NCBI GenBank assembly: GCA_964016885.1
Contig: OZ024740.1
Span: 187,240,001 to 187,304,000, forward strand
DNA from: Eledone cirrhosa
Lineage: Eukaryota
Direction of reading: 5' to 3'
Length of the DNA: 64,000 nt
Part shown: positions 1-13,628 of the stretch, one piece after another
Layout of the letters: each line of letters starts with the position of its first letter
How positions within the stretch are numbered: position 1 is the first letter of the stretch
Notes under the pieces: generated by a model
Database searches by the model: none
Told to the model about the DNA's origin: nothing
The model's input: the letters and a program-made list of their open reading frames with translations, nothing else
Made by a program: the position numbers and the translations under genes

Positions 1-45
1 GATTGTTAAGTTGATGGGGATTTAGGTGTTTTGCCCTGTCTATTC

Positions 46-49
<4 letters not shown>

Positions 50-93
<44 letters not shown>

Positions 94-120
94 CCATATA
101 TATATATATGTGCATATTTA

Positions 121-153
<33 letters not shown>

Positions 154-265
154 GTCTGTGTATATATATATACATACATACATATATATATATATGCAAA
201 TGGCAAACACAAATAACAAAGCAAACGACACACTACCATGAAGAAATATATTATATATATATATA
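50..265. repeat. (TA)n/(CA)n microsatellite
   Basis: Interrupted TA dinucleotide tract seen directly. Confidence 0.9.
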
Positions 266-2067
266 AGCACAGTAGTATTAGCACTGATATAGTGTAAATT
301 GTAATAGCATTGTAATGGAATTATATACGATATGTTTATGTATAATAAACATCCATTTAGCCTTGCTATGAGATTTCTTTTAATAAGCTTTGATCATGTC
401 ACCGCTATCTCAGTAACAAAGAAAGAGAACATGATGGCATTGTTTCTGAGCTATTACCCAGCTTTGGAGGAGCTTACTCCCCTGCTGCTGAGGCAAAAAT
501 AAGATGAAGTTAATATTTTATAGTTTTTTTGCTTATGAACCTATACATACACAAATAATGTGTGTCTATGAGGGTCGGTTTATAGGATATCTCTTTATAT
601 TAGCAATGATTAAAGCAAGCAGCAGCATTTGTTTAAGTCTAGCATAAGCAATACTTCCCAGAGTGTAGCAGTTAAAGAAAGATGTAACAGTTAGAAGAAC
701 ATAATACAATTTTTTAAATTTTATTAAAAGATATCGTATCTGTCAGAGTCCCAGAATTTTTTTCACAAAACCCACTTTAGGATCACTCATCCAGGGTAGT
801 AGTGTTTTATTTCTTTTCAATCCATCACTATTCTCTAAATTTAAAAAGCAAATATAGAAGTTAGAAAAATCTTCATTAAAGGATGGTCTCCTATGAATGA
901 ACATCATCTAACTGATATTACTTTATTTCAGAGTATTAAATTGGTTGGATTAACTTATGACAATGTAAATTACCTTTGTAACTTTTGGATTCAACAAACG
1001 TGGCATGTGTTTTTTCTTAACAAAAAACGAAAACAAAAAAACAAAAAACAGAAGAATGATCTTAAGTCAATCATCATGAGTTCAATATAAAATACACTTA
1101 TTTTAATCCCAGCAGAAGGATTAAAGGTTAAGATGACATGGTTGGAATTTGATATAATAACTGTGAGATAGCAAAATTGCTGCCATAAATTCTGTTCTGG
1201 CATGTTATTTGAGCATTAACTATCCCAACAGATTTATTGATGTTGTTGCTGTTAGTATCATTATTATTGTTATTAGAAACAATTATTATTGTAATTTGTA
1301 TTTTTTTTTCAATTGAAACATTTCCTGAGCTGACTTTATCTTCTCTTTGCTGCTTATAGTGAAAATGTTGAATTCAATCAATTTTTATATGCACGTGTGT
1401 GTGTGCAAATGTGTGTATGTACGTTCACATGTGTATGAGTGTAATGGTATAAAATTGATTATCCTCAGTTTTTAAACACCCTTATTTAGTATGCTTTGAA
1501 CAAATTAGAAAGGATACCATTGTGATACACAAGAAACTGGCTTTAAAACAACAAGAAGATGTTATTGTGATAGAATCCAATTCAGACAAGTCACATAAGA
1601 ATGGAGTATTTCTTGCTATCATCATTATCATTGAATTTACATTTTATTTTCCCAATGCAATTAATTCTGATGTTTCATGCATTATTTGTCTTACTGAGTT
1701 ACATAATTGAAAGAAAAAAGAACCAGCATTTAATCAAAATTCAAACAAAGATTTTTAACATAGGCACAAAGCCATACGTTCTAAGGAAATTAACAGTTGA
1801 TTTTATCAAATACAATATTTCATTGTCACTTATTTCAGAAATCCCCCACCACCAGAATGATGTCAGGTAAATATCAACCAAAGCAGGGTTCTGACTGAGA
1901 ATGTAAAGAAACTATTAAATACTGCAATGTATTTCTACCAACAATCTACCAATCCACCATCACAAAGATTTAAAAGATATAAGAAAGCTTCTACTCATTT
2001 TCATAAATGCAGATATATAATTTGTAAAGAGAAATACAGTATATACTTATATATATATATTTACAAA

Positions 2068-2285
2068 TGTGAATGGCTTAGTGGTTAGAGCATTGGCTTG
2101 CAATCGAAAGGTTGTGAGTTCAATTCTCGGACCGGGTGTGTGTTGTTTCCTTGAGCAAGACACTTTATTTCACGTTGCTCCAGTTTACTCAGCTGTAGAA
2201 ATGAGTACCCGATGCCTAAAACAGCATGATGTGCTGTGACCAGCGGCGCCGTTCAGTGCCCGACAGACTGGTCGGTCAAGGTGAT
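2068..2285 (+). mobile_element. tRNA-derived SINE, family A (CORE-like central domain)
   Basis: A box TGGCTTAGTGG, B box GAGTTCAATTC, then TTGTTTCCTTGAGCAAGACACTTTATTTCAC...CAGCTGTAGAAATGAG. The same head is at 11570-11702 (-) and 41993-42112 (+). Confidence 0.8.
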
Positions 2286-3408
2286 ATATTTACATATACA
2301 TATTATCAAACTTGATTTGGGACTCTTCTATCTTTATCTATTATTCTGTATTTTCTTTTTCGAGTAAACATTTTCTGGATCATTTTCATTAGCACAGGTT
2401 GAACAAGTTGATCCTCAGGGCTAATGAAATATATGAAACCTGGTATGGTGCTATAGTAGTAACTAGCCTTCATAATTATATTTAAACTCACCCTACTAAC
2501 TTGAGTTACCTACCTATGACTACTACTATATATATATAGAGAGAGAGAGTGGGGGGAGAGTTGGTATGCATGCATGGTCCCATAACTTCTGAGCAGATTG
2601 CGGGGGCGCCATATAAACATATAGCAGTTCTAAAGCATTTTAAAACATGGCAGAGCCAATTTCTTCTAAAGATGAGCCATGAGAAAGAGAATGGAAGCAA
2701 GAAAGAGATGTAAAGGAAGAATCAACCCATGTACTAGACTGGTACGTTTTTATCAACCTAGAATGGATGCATGGCAAAGTGACCTCAATGGGATTTGAAC
2801 TCTGAACACAGAGTCATAACAAATACTGCAAAGCACTTTACACAATGTTCTGCCAATTCACTGCAGAGCTTGTATATTAATTAGTAAAAACATGACAATC
2901 TATCTAGTGCCTAGATATAATGCACCCAGTTCACTCTGTAGAGTTTGGAAAGTATGTACATGCGATGTAGATGCTGTCTGAAGGATCATAGCTCCATTTA
3001 GGTACTGATTTGGTCTGTTATAACTCATCCAAACCTCGCTATCAGGGAAAAGGGATGTTAAATGATGATGATGAAATAAATATGTGTGCATGTGTGTCTG
3101 TGTATGTATATATTATATATTAACATTGTATATCTGCTTTACCTTAAAGGCTTAGGTGGGAAGGGACTTTTTAATGCAAGGTTTTAGAGCTAGATGCTCT
3201 CCCAGCTATCAACTAATACAACATACAGGAATATGGTATACTTCTAAAGCCCAAGATACATAGCATCTTGTATATGTGTGGGTGCATGTATGTATATATG
3301 TATATATATATATATATATACATGTACACACACAATATAAAATATATATCTTGAGTTAATATATATAATTTTATATATACACATTTGCATGTAAAATTAT
3401 ATATATAT

Positions 3409-3512
3409 AGAGAGAGAGAGAGCGAGAGAGTGAGAGAGTGAGAGAGAGAGAGAGAGAGTGAGAGAGAGAGTGAGAGAGAGTGAAAGAGAGAGAAAGAGAG
3501 AGAAAGAGAGGG
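3409..3512. repeat. (GA)n microsatellite
   Basis: Seen directly. Confidence 0.9.
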
Positions 3513-3578
3513 AGCATCATCATCATCATCATCATCATCGTTTAACGTCCATCTTGCACGCTTGCATGGGTTTGAGGA

Positions 3579-3635
3579 GAAAACCATATACAGCTGTTTA
3601 TGGTGTAACACCATAAACAGCTGTATATGGTTTTC
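3579..3635. repeat. Perfect 28-bp-arm palindrome containing the 3' half of an HHR-like motif
   Basis: GAAAACCATATACAGCTGTTTATGGTGT-A-ACACCATAAACAGCTGTATATGGTTTTC. It contains AAAC-AGCT-GTA, the same stem III/cleavage motif as the HHR at 30692-30738. Confidence 0.85.
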
Positions 3636-3838
3636 CCACCTAAGCCTTTAAGGTAAAGCAGACATACGATGTTAATATATAATATATACATACACAGACA
3701 CACATGCACACATATTTATATCATCAATTATGTATATATATATAATATATACATATATATAATATACATATATATGAATGTATATATTATATATATATAT
3801 ATATATAATATACATATATATATGAATTTATATACTAT

Positions 3839-3888
<50 letters not shown>

Positions 3889-4010
3889 CATATATATATG
3901 TACATGAATGTATATATTATATATATCACGATAAATTAACGGAGGCATAGACCCTCGCTATTCCCTGTAAATAATGTGCTCAAAGGAGAAGAGATCCTGA
4001 GCTCTTTAAA

Positions 4011-4270
4011 ATACAATATGTTGAAAAGGTAACACACCAGAGAGAGATATATAGTGCGTTATCAATAATACAGGGAAAAAACCACCAATGTATGGAATCT
4101 ATAACCTATGAAAGGCAGACTATAGACACGATAATTAAAAATATATTATATTTTTAATTATCGTGCCTTTCATAGGTTATAGATTCCATACACTGGTGGT
4201 TTTTTCCCTGTATTATTGATAACGCACTATATATCTCTCTCTGGTGTGTTACCTTTTCAACATATTGTAT
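4011..4270. repeat. Long fold-back palindrome (arms 135/124 bp)
   Basis: 4011-4145 is the reverse complement of 4147-4270 apart from one substitution and an 11-bp indel. Flanked by (TA)n. Confidence 0.9.
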
Positions 4271-4390
4271 ATTATATATATATAATATACATATATATAT
4301 GTGAATGTATATATTATATATATATACATATATATAAATATATATATTATATATATATATGAATGTATATATTATATAGATATATATGAA

Positions 4391-4420
<30 letters not shown>

Positions 4421-4421
<1 letters not shown>

Positions 4422-5100
4422 GTAATAATAATAAATTTGAAGACTAAAATTCAAAGAGGGCTCGATAAGGATAAATATATATCAGATATATAAGAATCGT
4501 AGAGCAAATATTTATGAAAATAACAGATTAAAGTATAAGCAAAGAATCACTGCATTCACCCTTAACGGGATTTTCTGAAACTAAAAAAGTCAATCTGTGA
4601 ATGCAGAAGTTAATATTTCAAAAAACGTTGCAACCGAAGGAAGACAGGAAGACGGTACTTTGGTTCGTCAAAATGTTCCCTGGCAAAGAATGGTTTCCTA
4701 AATAGATTTACGTGGTTTTGTCTTTGTGTGTAATTGTTTTCACTGCTCCACATAATGACGTATTATCTTCATTTTTTCCGTTCATTGCCAGAGAACGTCT
4801 CCATGAACCACCTGATAGAATATTAGTCTACGACTTCATTTATACCATAAACATAGTTTTGTCTTTGTGTGTAATTGTTTTCACTGCACCAAATTATGAC
4901 GTATTATCTTCGTTTTTTTTTTCGTTCTTTGCCAGGCAACGTTTCCACGAACCAAAGTATCGTCTTCCTGTCTTCCTTCGGTTGCAACATTTTTTGAAAT
5001 ATTTACTTCTGCGTTCACAGATTGACTTTTTTAGTTTCAGAAGATCATGTTAAGGGTGAAAGCAGTGATTCTTTGCTTAAACTTTAATCTGTTATTTTAA
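4421..5100. mobile_element. Two inverted copies of a PLE 3' end (pseudo-LTR), same family as 27361-27790
   Basis: About 4517-4690 and 4926-5098 are diverged inverted repeats (AAAATAACAGATTAAAG...CTGGCAAAGAA). The same sequence lies downstream of the GIY-YIG ORF at 28646-28906 (-). Further pieces at 13500-13602 and 15564-15685. Confidence 0.75.
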
Positions 5101-5120
5101 TATATATATATATATATGAA

Positions 5121-5191
<71 letters not shown>

Positions 5192-6337
5192 TATATAAAT
5201 ATATGAATGTATGTATTATATATATATATATAATATACATATATATGAATGTATATACTATATATATATATAATATACATATATATATGAATGTATATAT
5301 TATATATATATATATATAATATACATATATATATATATGAATGTATATGCAAGCATGGAAGATGGACGTTAAACAATGATGATGATGATGATGATATATA
5401 TACATATTTGTGTGTGTGTGTGTAAACAAATATATATTATTAAATATGTATTCCTACAGAGGTTATTGCAACAAACTTAGCAGCTCCTTGTCAAACAATA
5501 TTTATATATGGAAAAAAAGAACATTTCCCTTGCATACCTAATTGCACAAATCATTGCACAGTATGTGAGAGGATTAAATTGTTATGTATTGATTCCTGAT
5601 AGAAAGTTGGAGTAGAGAAATAAATTGTAGTGTCATTTATGTTAAAATATTTGACAGAAAAGTTCTGCCCTCATATTGAAGTGAAAGATTAGAATCTATA
5701 AACTGTCAATCAAAATTCAGTTGACCTAAATATTTCCTTCAAAAAATATACCCATGTTTCTGTTTCTTGGCTAGTTAGCATTGAAGAATCCCCACTCACT
5801 CATCCATTCTCCTTTGAAATACCTTTCACAACAATGCATAGCTTAACGAAGTGCAGTACATTTAAAATTGCTCATTACATTATTTAGTTAATTTAACGAA
5901 AACAATACATGGAAAATGACATATCATCATCATCATCATCATTTAATATATGCTATCTGTGCTAGCAAGTATTTGATATGTCTGCATCTCACTAACATAC
6001 AGTCGCACATTCTTTGAGTGCACCAGCACAAGATAGGTTGTCATGTATTTGACACAACTGAAGGGTCTCCTCAACCCTTTGCTTTGCAAGCTTTCTAGAG
6101 CCTTTCATATCGACCTATATCTAATCATTTTTATATCCACTTATCCATACTGGCATGGGTTAGATAGGATGCTTTGAGACAATATTTTACTGCCAGAAGC
6201 TCTTCCTAATATCAACCCTTTTTGTCACGTCTTACAACATGCAAGAATATAGTGTACCTATTCTAAAAATCAAGATATGCAGCATATATATATATATATA
6301 TATATATGGATGCAATTATACATCCAATATATAACAA

Positions 6338-6531
6338 AATAATTGTTTCTACTTTTGGCACAAGGCCACCAATTATCCCAGTGTATTACTGGTACTTTCT
6401 TTTATCGACCCCATAAGGATGAAAGGCAAAGTTAACCTCGGCGAGATTTGAACTCAGACCATAAGGGGCCGTAACTCTTTGCTGCAAAGCATGGCATCAG
6501 ACCCTCTACCGATACTGCCAATCCACCGCCC
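6338..6531 (-). mobile_element. tRNA-derived SINE, family B (Nin/Deu-like central domain)
   Basis: Minus strand: A box TGGCAGTATCGG, B box GAGTTCAAATCT, body GAGGTTAACTTTGCCTTTCATCCTTATGGGGTCGATAAA...GTACCAG, tail GGCCTTGTGCCAAAAGTAGAAACAATTATT. Many copies in the window. Confidence 0.8.
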
Positions 6532-7777
6532 TTTATATAATAAAATAATGTGATAGAAACACCAATGGAATTGAACCATGTATCTGTTGTTGACCAGACA
6601 ACACATAGACCATTACACTAAGATGTCCTAACTGATTTTCAACCTCAAATTTAGTATATCTAAATGACTTACTTGATAAACTACAAGTGATATATACGAC
6701 GAAGGAAATGTCCTCTCTACTCGCTAGTGGAAAGACTGTCGGTCTTTAAGAAAAAACAAACACCCTTGTCCTGGCATGTGTCCTTGAGAGAAATTCTCTA
6801 ACTGCAGATACAAGGTAAAATTACTTGACAGAGACTTTAGACACACACAGTGTTGTCAAAAAAGGAAATATGAAAGGTGGGGAAGAAAATTGTTCAAATT
6901 ATAATGAGATCAATTAAAAATAATAATTCATTTATTTTCTTCACACATAAACAGGTTGGTGCTGAATTACAAGTGGGTGAATGTTCAGGTGATGTGAAAC
7001 TATTCTAGACAACCTAAATTAAACAATTTTCTAAATAAGTGACAACATAGTTATTCTTATTTGCTGGAAATTTTGTGTTTCGTTTCTGTAAAGACATTAA
7101 TTACGAAATGTGCCACTTTATCAACCAATTATATTCCATCTGGAGTTACACTTACTCAATCATGTTTCTTTTCCACCTTAGACATCATCGGTATTGAGTC
7201 ATAAATCTGTAAGAACCTGTCTCATGTTTTTATTGAGTTTCCCCTTTTAGTAACAACCTGCTTGAGACACCCTCTGCTTATACGAAACAAGAATCAGCCT
7301 TTTTAAAGCATAATTAACCTAAAAGTTTCAAATATTATTATATATAAAAACATTTTGTTGGTCATAGTGTTAAGCTAAGTGATAGATAAGTCTACCACAG
7401 AAACTACAGTGGGATTTAAATTTAGAACACAAATAACGAGAAACAGATTCTATATGGGAACCATTCTTATGCTCTAACAACTCTGCTAATCCACTGTGCT
7501 GAACTGGTATTCTATCTCCTCAGCCCTGAAAGGGTAAAAAAACAAAGATGACTTTGATAGTACTTAAACACAAAGTGTAAATATTCTTTTATCTGTTCAA
7601 GCTGAAGGATTGAGGCCATGCTGTGTCACAAAAGAATTAAAAGCCTGAAGAGTGTCATTGATCACCTTATAAAAGATGGTAGAATAAAGACAGTTTATAG
7701 GTTTTGATACATTAATTTACTAGCAAATCATTAGAAAAGATCTTAGTTTTTTTTGTTTGTTTCTTTGTTTGCTTTAA

Positions 7778-7922
7778 TTAATTGTTTCTATGTTTTGGCA
7801 CAAGGCCAGCAATTACCCAGTGCATTACTGGTACTTTATTTTATCGACCCCGTAAGGATGAAAGGCAAAGTTAACCTTGGTGGGATTTGAACTCAGAATG
7901 GCAAGGGGCGTAACTCTTTGCT
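7778..7922 (-). mobile_element. SINE family B, 5'-truncated
   Basis: Matches the 3' two-thirds of 6338-6531. Confidence 0.8.
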
Positions 7923-8137
7923 TTAGTTAATGATATGTTGCTAGCCTCGCATTGGTAACAGTGATCAATTTCTCTTTTATTCAGGCATAGTGTAACAAAG
8001 ATTACATTAGCTAAAATGTACTTTGCTATCCCTGTAAAGTGGTTGGTATAGGAAGAGTATCCAGCCATATAAAACCTGCCAAACAAAGGGTCAGAAAGAC
8101 TCTTCACCTATGTCTTTGACATAACTTCCTTAGTGTT

Positions 8138-8580
8138 GATCATCATCATCATCATTCATTTTACGTCCACTTTTCACTGCTTGCAATGGTGGGCCGGGTC
8201 CTCCTCAGCACAACATCCCTCTATTCATCACGGTCCCTCATCATCTCCTCTGTGAGTTTCAGCAATCTGGGGCCAAGTCTCACGACCTCCGCCCATATTT
8301 TTTGTGGTCTTCCTCTACTATGTCTTCCTTCCACTTGGATTTCTTGGCACTTCTTCACCCAGCGGTCATCTTCCATGTGCATCACATGGCCATACCAATG
8401 CAGTCTTCTCTCCTGCTCACTACAGTTTATCCCTCTTATACAAAGTTTCACTCTCAACTCGTCTATGCTTGGTCATTCACGTACATTGACATTGCACATC
8501 CATCGGAGCATGCCTGCTTCATTTCTCTCCAGCTGCCACATATCCTCCACAGTTGCTGTCCATATCTCACTACCATGCCA
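8138..8580 (-). mobile_element. RTE LINE 3' fragment (diverged subfamily)
   Basis: Translation has ERRLHWYGHVMHMEDDRWVKKC...GRHSRGRPQKIWAEVV; ends in (GAT)n tail. Confidence 0.85.
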
Positions 8581-10301
8581 CAACAAAATCGACTCAGAGC
8601 GTGGGATCGTATATCAAGCTCCAAACCCACCTGGAGGTAAAAAAGGGCTCCACTTGAGTACTGACTGGTCTGTGACATGTCCAACCCTTCATAACAGAAA
8701 AAAAGTTTGTTAAACAATAATGATGATGCTGGTGGTGATAAGGTGGGATTTGAAGAAGATTTGGTTACCATTTCTAGGAGGCCCAGTCACCACTTAGATC
8801 TAAGATTTTCAAATTTTTAAATCCACAAAAAACTAAGACAAAGTACTAAAAGTGGTATGGCACACGATCAGCTTCTTAAATATTTTATGATAGAACAACA
8901 ATACAAATATTAAAATTGTTTTCAAATAGAGATTGGGTCATGTGTTGCACTTCGGCACAAATGAACACATGCACTGGTGCAATACATTAAAATCACTCAA
9001 CTTGTTCAAGATATTCATGCATTTTCCAACTCACTTCGAAAATTTGTGGCACACATGCAAACCACAGGTGTTACAAATGTGCCGTGGCATAGTAGCTGAA
9101 AAATATCTAGCTTAAATATTTTGCTGTTCAATTGTAAAAAAAAATAATACAGTTTTAGTAGAAGGTTAAAAATGTTGACCTCACTCATATATTTTCTATC
9201 ATACATTTTTATTACAAAAAGGATTATATATATGCCCTCACTGAACATGCCAAAAAAATATCAAAAACAAAATTAAATAATATGCTTCACATGATCCAAT
9301 ATTTAAATATATCTTCCAATGGTTTACAACAAAAAGAGCAGTTACAGCCCCTCTTAAAGCTTGTTGCTCTCCAACTACATGCTTGTCACGCTGACTGAGA
9401 GAATAACATTCTTTTGATGGAAAACTGTTCAATTGAATAGATGATTTTTTCCCCCTCGTGCATTTATTTTTAAATTTTTTTTCTTTATCATCTGAAGAGT
9501 GTTTGTTTTAATTCATAGTGTTTCCTTTTATTCTGATCACTTGTCACTTTTGAAGCGAAAGTGAAGAAAAGAATCACAAGAACATCAATAGTTATTCTTG
9601 TGTGGGTTATTTTATTTTATTTTCATATTACAATTTCATTTATTTATTTATTTATTTTCCTATAAAAAAAATCAATTTCTCTTATACTTGGATTGGCCTA
9701 CTCTTCTGTAAGTGAAATTCCATTGATAAATTGGTTATTGAACTCCGACATGACAAAAATTGGGTTGAACACAGGTACATATATATATATACAAGCATAA
9801 GGGAGCATAGCAGAGAATATCATATATACCCAAAGTTTGATAAAAAAACATCATAAAAACATGGTGTTAGCTACCTAATATATTAGACATATACATATTT
9901 ACTCCCTCTTTGTATCCATCATTCAACATATATAATAGTACACAGTACTCTGGAAAGTGTCTTGGGTTGTTCAAACATTAGATTCCAGACTGGTTATGCA
10001 AGCATGATCTAACTAACCTAAAATATGACTTCTTACAGAGGCACAAAGCCTCGAATTTGAGGGAACGATATAGTCGATTATATCAATCCCAATATTTGAC
10101 TAATATTATATTTTACTGACACCTTGAAATATGAACATAAAAGTTGATACCACATAGATTTGAATGCAGAATGTAGAGAGGTAGAACAAATACCATAAGG
10201 TGTTTTATCCACTACTCTAATAATTTTGTGCCAATCAATTACTCTTACCCAAAACATAATTATATACCATTTGGAGAGAAAGTAGACATGCATTTAGTCA
10301 A

Positions 10302-10338
<37 letters not shown>

Positions 10339-10555
10339 AAATTAAGAGTAAATAACCAATTTAGGCTTTTTTAGGGGTTACCAATTGACCAAGGACACTG
10401 ATTCGCATTGAGCTTCAATAATCTTTACCAGGACATGCATTGGTAAACTCCAATATAACCTAACATATGCTATATCATCATCATCATCATCATCATCATC
10501 AACTTTGTTTCACGTCCATCTTCCACGCTAGCATTGGTTAGTATATATATATATA

Positions 10556-11203
10556 TAGCAGAATCAGTAGAGGAGCTAGAGAATAAATTCTGGCTATGGA
10601 AACAACAAGAGGACTGAGAGTGAACATAGCTAAGACAAAAGTGTTGATAAGTAGAAAAGAGGACAATACTCCGATTCCATCAGGAAAATGGCCATATTCA
10701 ATATGTAGGAAATGAACTGACATAAATTGAATAAGATTGCAGATCCTCGGTACACAAGGGATGTAGTGGGATAATAGGCAAACTAACAGGTAGGGAAAAC
10801 TACGTATGCAGTAGATGTACAGGGAAAGTTGGCAGTATTAATCGCAGTGATAGACACATTTTTCCAATGCAGGTGGGTTCAATAGAAGTGGTTGATAGCT
10901 TCCGGTACCTAGGTGATCAGATTAGCATGGGAGGGAGGGTGTTCCGAGGCCATAGTATCTAGAATAAGTATGGGTTGGAAGAAGTTTAGGGAGCTGCTTC
11001 CTTTGTTGACAAAGAAGGGTTTCTCCCTGTGTACGAAAGGACAGTTATATGATGCCTGTGTGAGATGTGCGATGCTGCATGGTAGTGAGACATGGGCAGC
11101 AACTGCAGAGGATATGCGATGGCTGGAGAGAAATGAAGCAAGTATGCTCCATTGGATGTGCAATGCCAATGCGCGTGAACGACCAAGCATAGACGAGTTA
11201 AGA
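10556..11203 (+). mobile_element. RTE LINE internal fragment, decayed
   Basis: GGCSEAIVSRISMGWKKFRELLPLL...LYDACVRCAMLHGSETWA, homologous to the C-terminal half of ORF 19649-21247. Confidence 0.85.
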
Positions 11204-11355
11204 ATATATATAATATAATAATTATATTAATAACCCTTGAAAATTATTTTCCGTTGAGGGCTTCCAATCTACTGTAAAAATCATTCTTTGACATAATCAT
11301 CGAATAGTGTTTAACAATTTAATACTTATATATATACATATATATATACATATAT

Positions 11356-11703
11356 ATCATCATCATCATCATCATTTCATTTTACGTCCGCTTTTTCCCT
11401 GCTTGCAAGGGTGGGACGGGAACTGATTCTGGCTTGATTTCTACAGCTGGATGCCCTTCCTAACACCAACCTCATTTACAGTGAGTGGTGGGTGCTTTTT
11501 TGCCGTGGCACCTCCACGACCATTTTGCAGTGGAATGATATGGACCCCAGTCCCTATCATCTCATTTCTACAGCTGAGTAAACTGGAGCAATGTGAAATA
11601 AAGTGTCTTGCTCAAGGAAACAACACATCACCCGGTCTGAGAATTGAACTCACAATCTTTCGATTGCAAGGCCAATGCTCTAACCACTAAGCCATGTGCC
11701 TCC
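11356..11703 (-). mobile_element. SINE family A, full length, with RTE-derived 3' tail
   Basis: tRNA head + CORE-like body + about 190 bp matching the RTE 3' UTR at 21280-21550 + (GAT)n. A 5'-truncated copy is at 13242-13486. Confidence 0.85.
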
Positions 11704-11784
11704 TGTATATATATAATCAAGGTTTAGCAAATAGAGAAAAGTTTTTAAATAAATTTTAAAAAGTTCGCTCTATTTACTATATGT

Positions 11785-11868
11785 ACCCTTACTGCGCGGT
11801 TTCAAATCCCCAAATAAATGGATAATCCAGGCGGACCACCATTGAGAAGGGGATTCTCGTCAGAAGGT
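11785..11868 (-). ncRNA. Hammerhead ribozyme motif (type I), family H1, copy 1
   Basis: ACCTT-CTGACGA-GAATCCC..GGGATTT-GAAAC-CGCGCA-GTA-AGGGT, within a repeat (11712-11950) also present at 18206-18445 and 18694-18892. Confidence 0.7.
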
Positions 11869-11973
11869 TCTTCTCGCTCGGAGAATATAAAATTTCCGAG
11901 TTCAAATCACAAACTGGCGCCATACAAAACTGTTCCCAGATGAGAGTGAATGAGATATATATAATATATATTT

Positions 11974-12008
<35 letters not shown>

Positions 12009-12025
12009 TATACATGCACACTTAC

Positions 12026-12246
12026 ATGAGGTACACTTAAGAGGTTTTGAAACTTTTATCAGAGTGACATTTATTTAACTCAGATCAACGCAAAACTCTA
12101 GTCTCCTTCAAAGTAGGATCCTCCCACTTCAGTACACTTGTAGCACACCAGCCACTTCTGGAAGCCCCCCACCCTTGTAGTTCACAAAAGTGAAGGTATC
12201 CAGGATGCTTGTCACAGCCTCCTTCATCTCCTTTACATCTTCAAAA
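12026..12246 (-). mobile_element. mariner-type transposase 3' remnant
   Basis: Minus strand reads FEDVKEMKEAVTSILDTFT...KCTEVGGSYFEGD*, the typical mariner C-terminus (KC....G.YFE). Confidence 0.65.
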
Positions 12247-12393
12247 GTCCCCCATGGCCAGCCAGTCAACAAAGAGAACTATATATACATATATATATAT
12301 ATATGTAAAAGTTCTATTTAAATTGTTGGGATACAACAAGCAAATATTTTTATAACTGATATAAAGCACTCAACAAATATTTGGAGTAAAAAT

Positions 12394-12810
12394 ACGATAT
12401 TAACAAATGGAAACTATATTTATAAAACCATATTTATTTCATACATATTTCAAGGACACCAAGTTAAATTATGGTGTGCTTTCATCAGATAAAATATAAT
12501 ATAGATCAGTTTTATAAATAAATATTGACATACCCTTAAAGAATGCAACCATTGCTGTTGGAAGCTCCCGGATAGTGGAGTTGTAGCTTTAATTATATAC
12601 TAATAATAAATTAAAGCTACAACTCCACTATCCGGGAGCTTCCAACAGCAATGGTTGCATTCTTTAAGGGTATGTCAATATTTATTTATAAAACTGATCT
12701 ATATTATATTTTATCTGATGAAAGCACACCATAATTTAACTTGGTGTATATGAAATATGTATAATGAAATAAATATGGTTTTATAAATATAGTTTCCATT
12801 TGTTAATATC

Positions 12811-12812
<2 letters not shown>
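12394..12812. repeat. About 200-bp inverted repeat of a PLE-like end; each arm carries an HHR-like motif
   Basis: Arms 12394-12594 and 12609-12812. Motif CTGATGA-AAGCACACCA..TGGTGT(CCTT)-GAAATATGTA at 12437-12494 (-) and 12709-12770 (+). A related copy is at 13085-13136 (-). Confidence 0.85.
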
Positions 12813-12845
<33 letters not shown>

Positions 12846-13597
12846 CAAAGAGATATTTAATTTGTTGGTTATTCAACAGGTTCGAAGCACTCTACAGGTT
12901 TTGTGGAGTATAATATCAATGATATTAATAAATATATATATATAAGCAAAGAGATATTTAATTTGTTGATTATTCAACAAATTTATTTATAACAGGTTCG
13001 AAGCATGCTATAGATATTTTCTGGAGTATAATATCAACGATATTAATAAATGGAAACTATATTTATAAAACCATATTTATTTTATTATATATATTTCAAG
13101 GGTACCAAAATTTTGGTACGCTCTTATCAGATGAAATACAAAATTTGTTTTATAAACGATGTCATACCCAAGAAACCGACTCTCTCTCTATTGGCAAAAA
13201 TTTGTGAAATTATAAAACCAGAAGAACATACTTACATACTTCATCATCATCATCATCATTTTACGTCTGCTTTTCCTTGCTTGCAAGGGTGGGACGGGAA
13301 CTGATACTGGCTTGATTTCTACAGCTGGATGCCCTTCTTAACACCAACTTCATTTACAGTGAGTGGTGGGTGTTTTTTTGCCGTGGCACCTCCACGACCA
13401 CTTTGCAGTGGAATGATATGGACCTCAGTCCCTATCATCTCATTTCTACAACTGAGTAAACTGGAGCAATGTGAAATAAAGTGTCTATTATATATATATA
13501 GTAATAATAATAAATTTGTAGACTAAAATCCAAAGAGGGCTCGATAAAGATGAATGTATATCAAATATATAAGAACCGTAGCGCAAATATTTATTAA

Positions 13598-13628
<31 letters not shown>

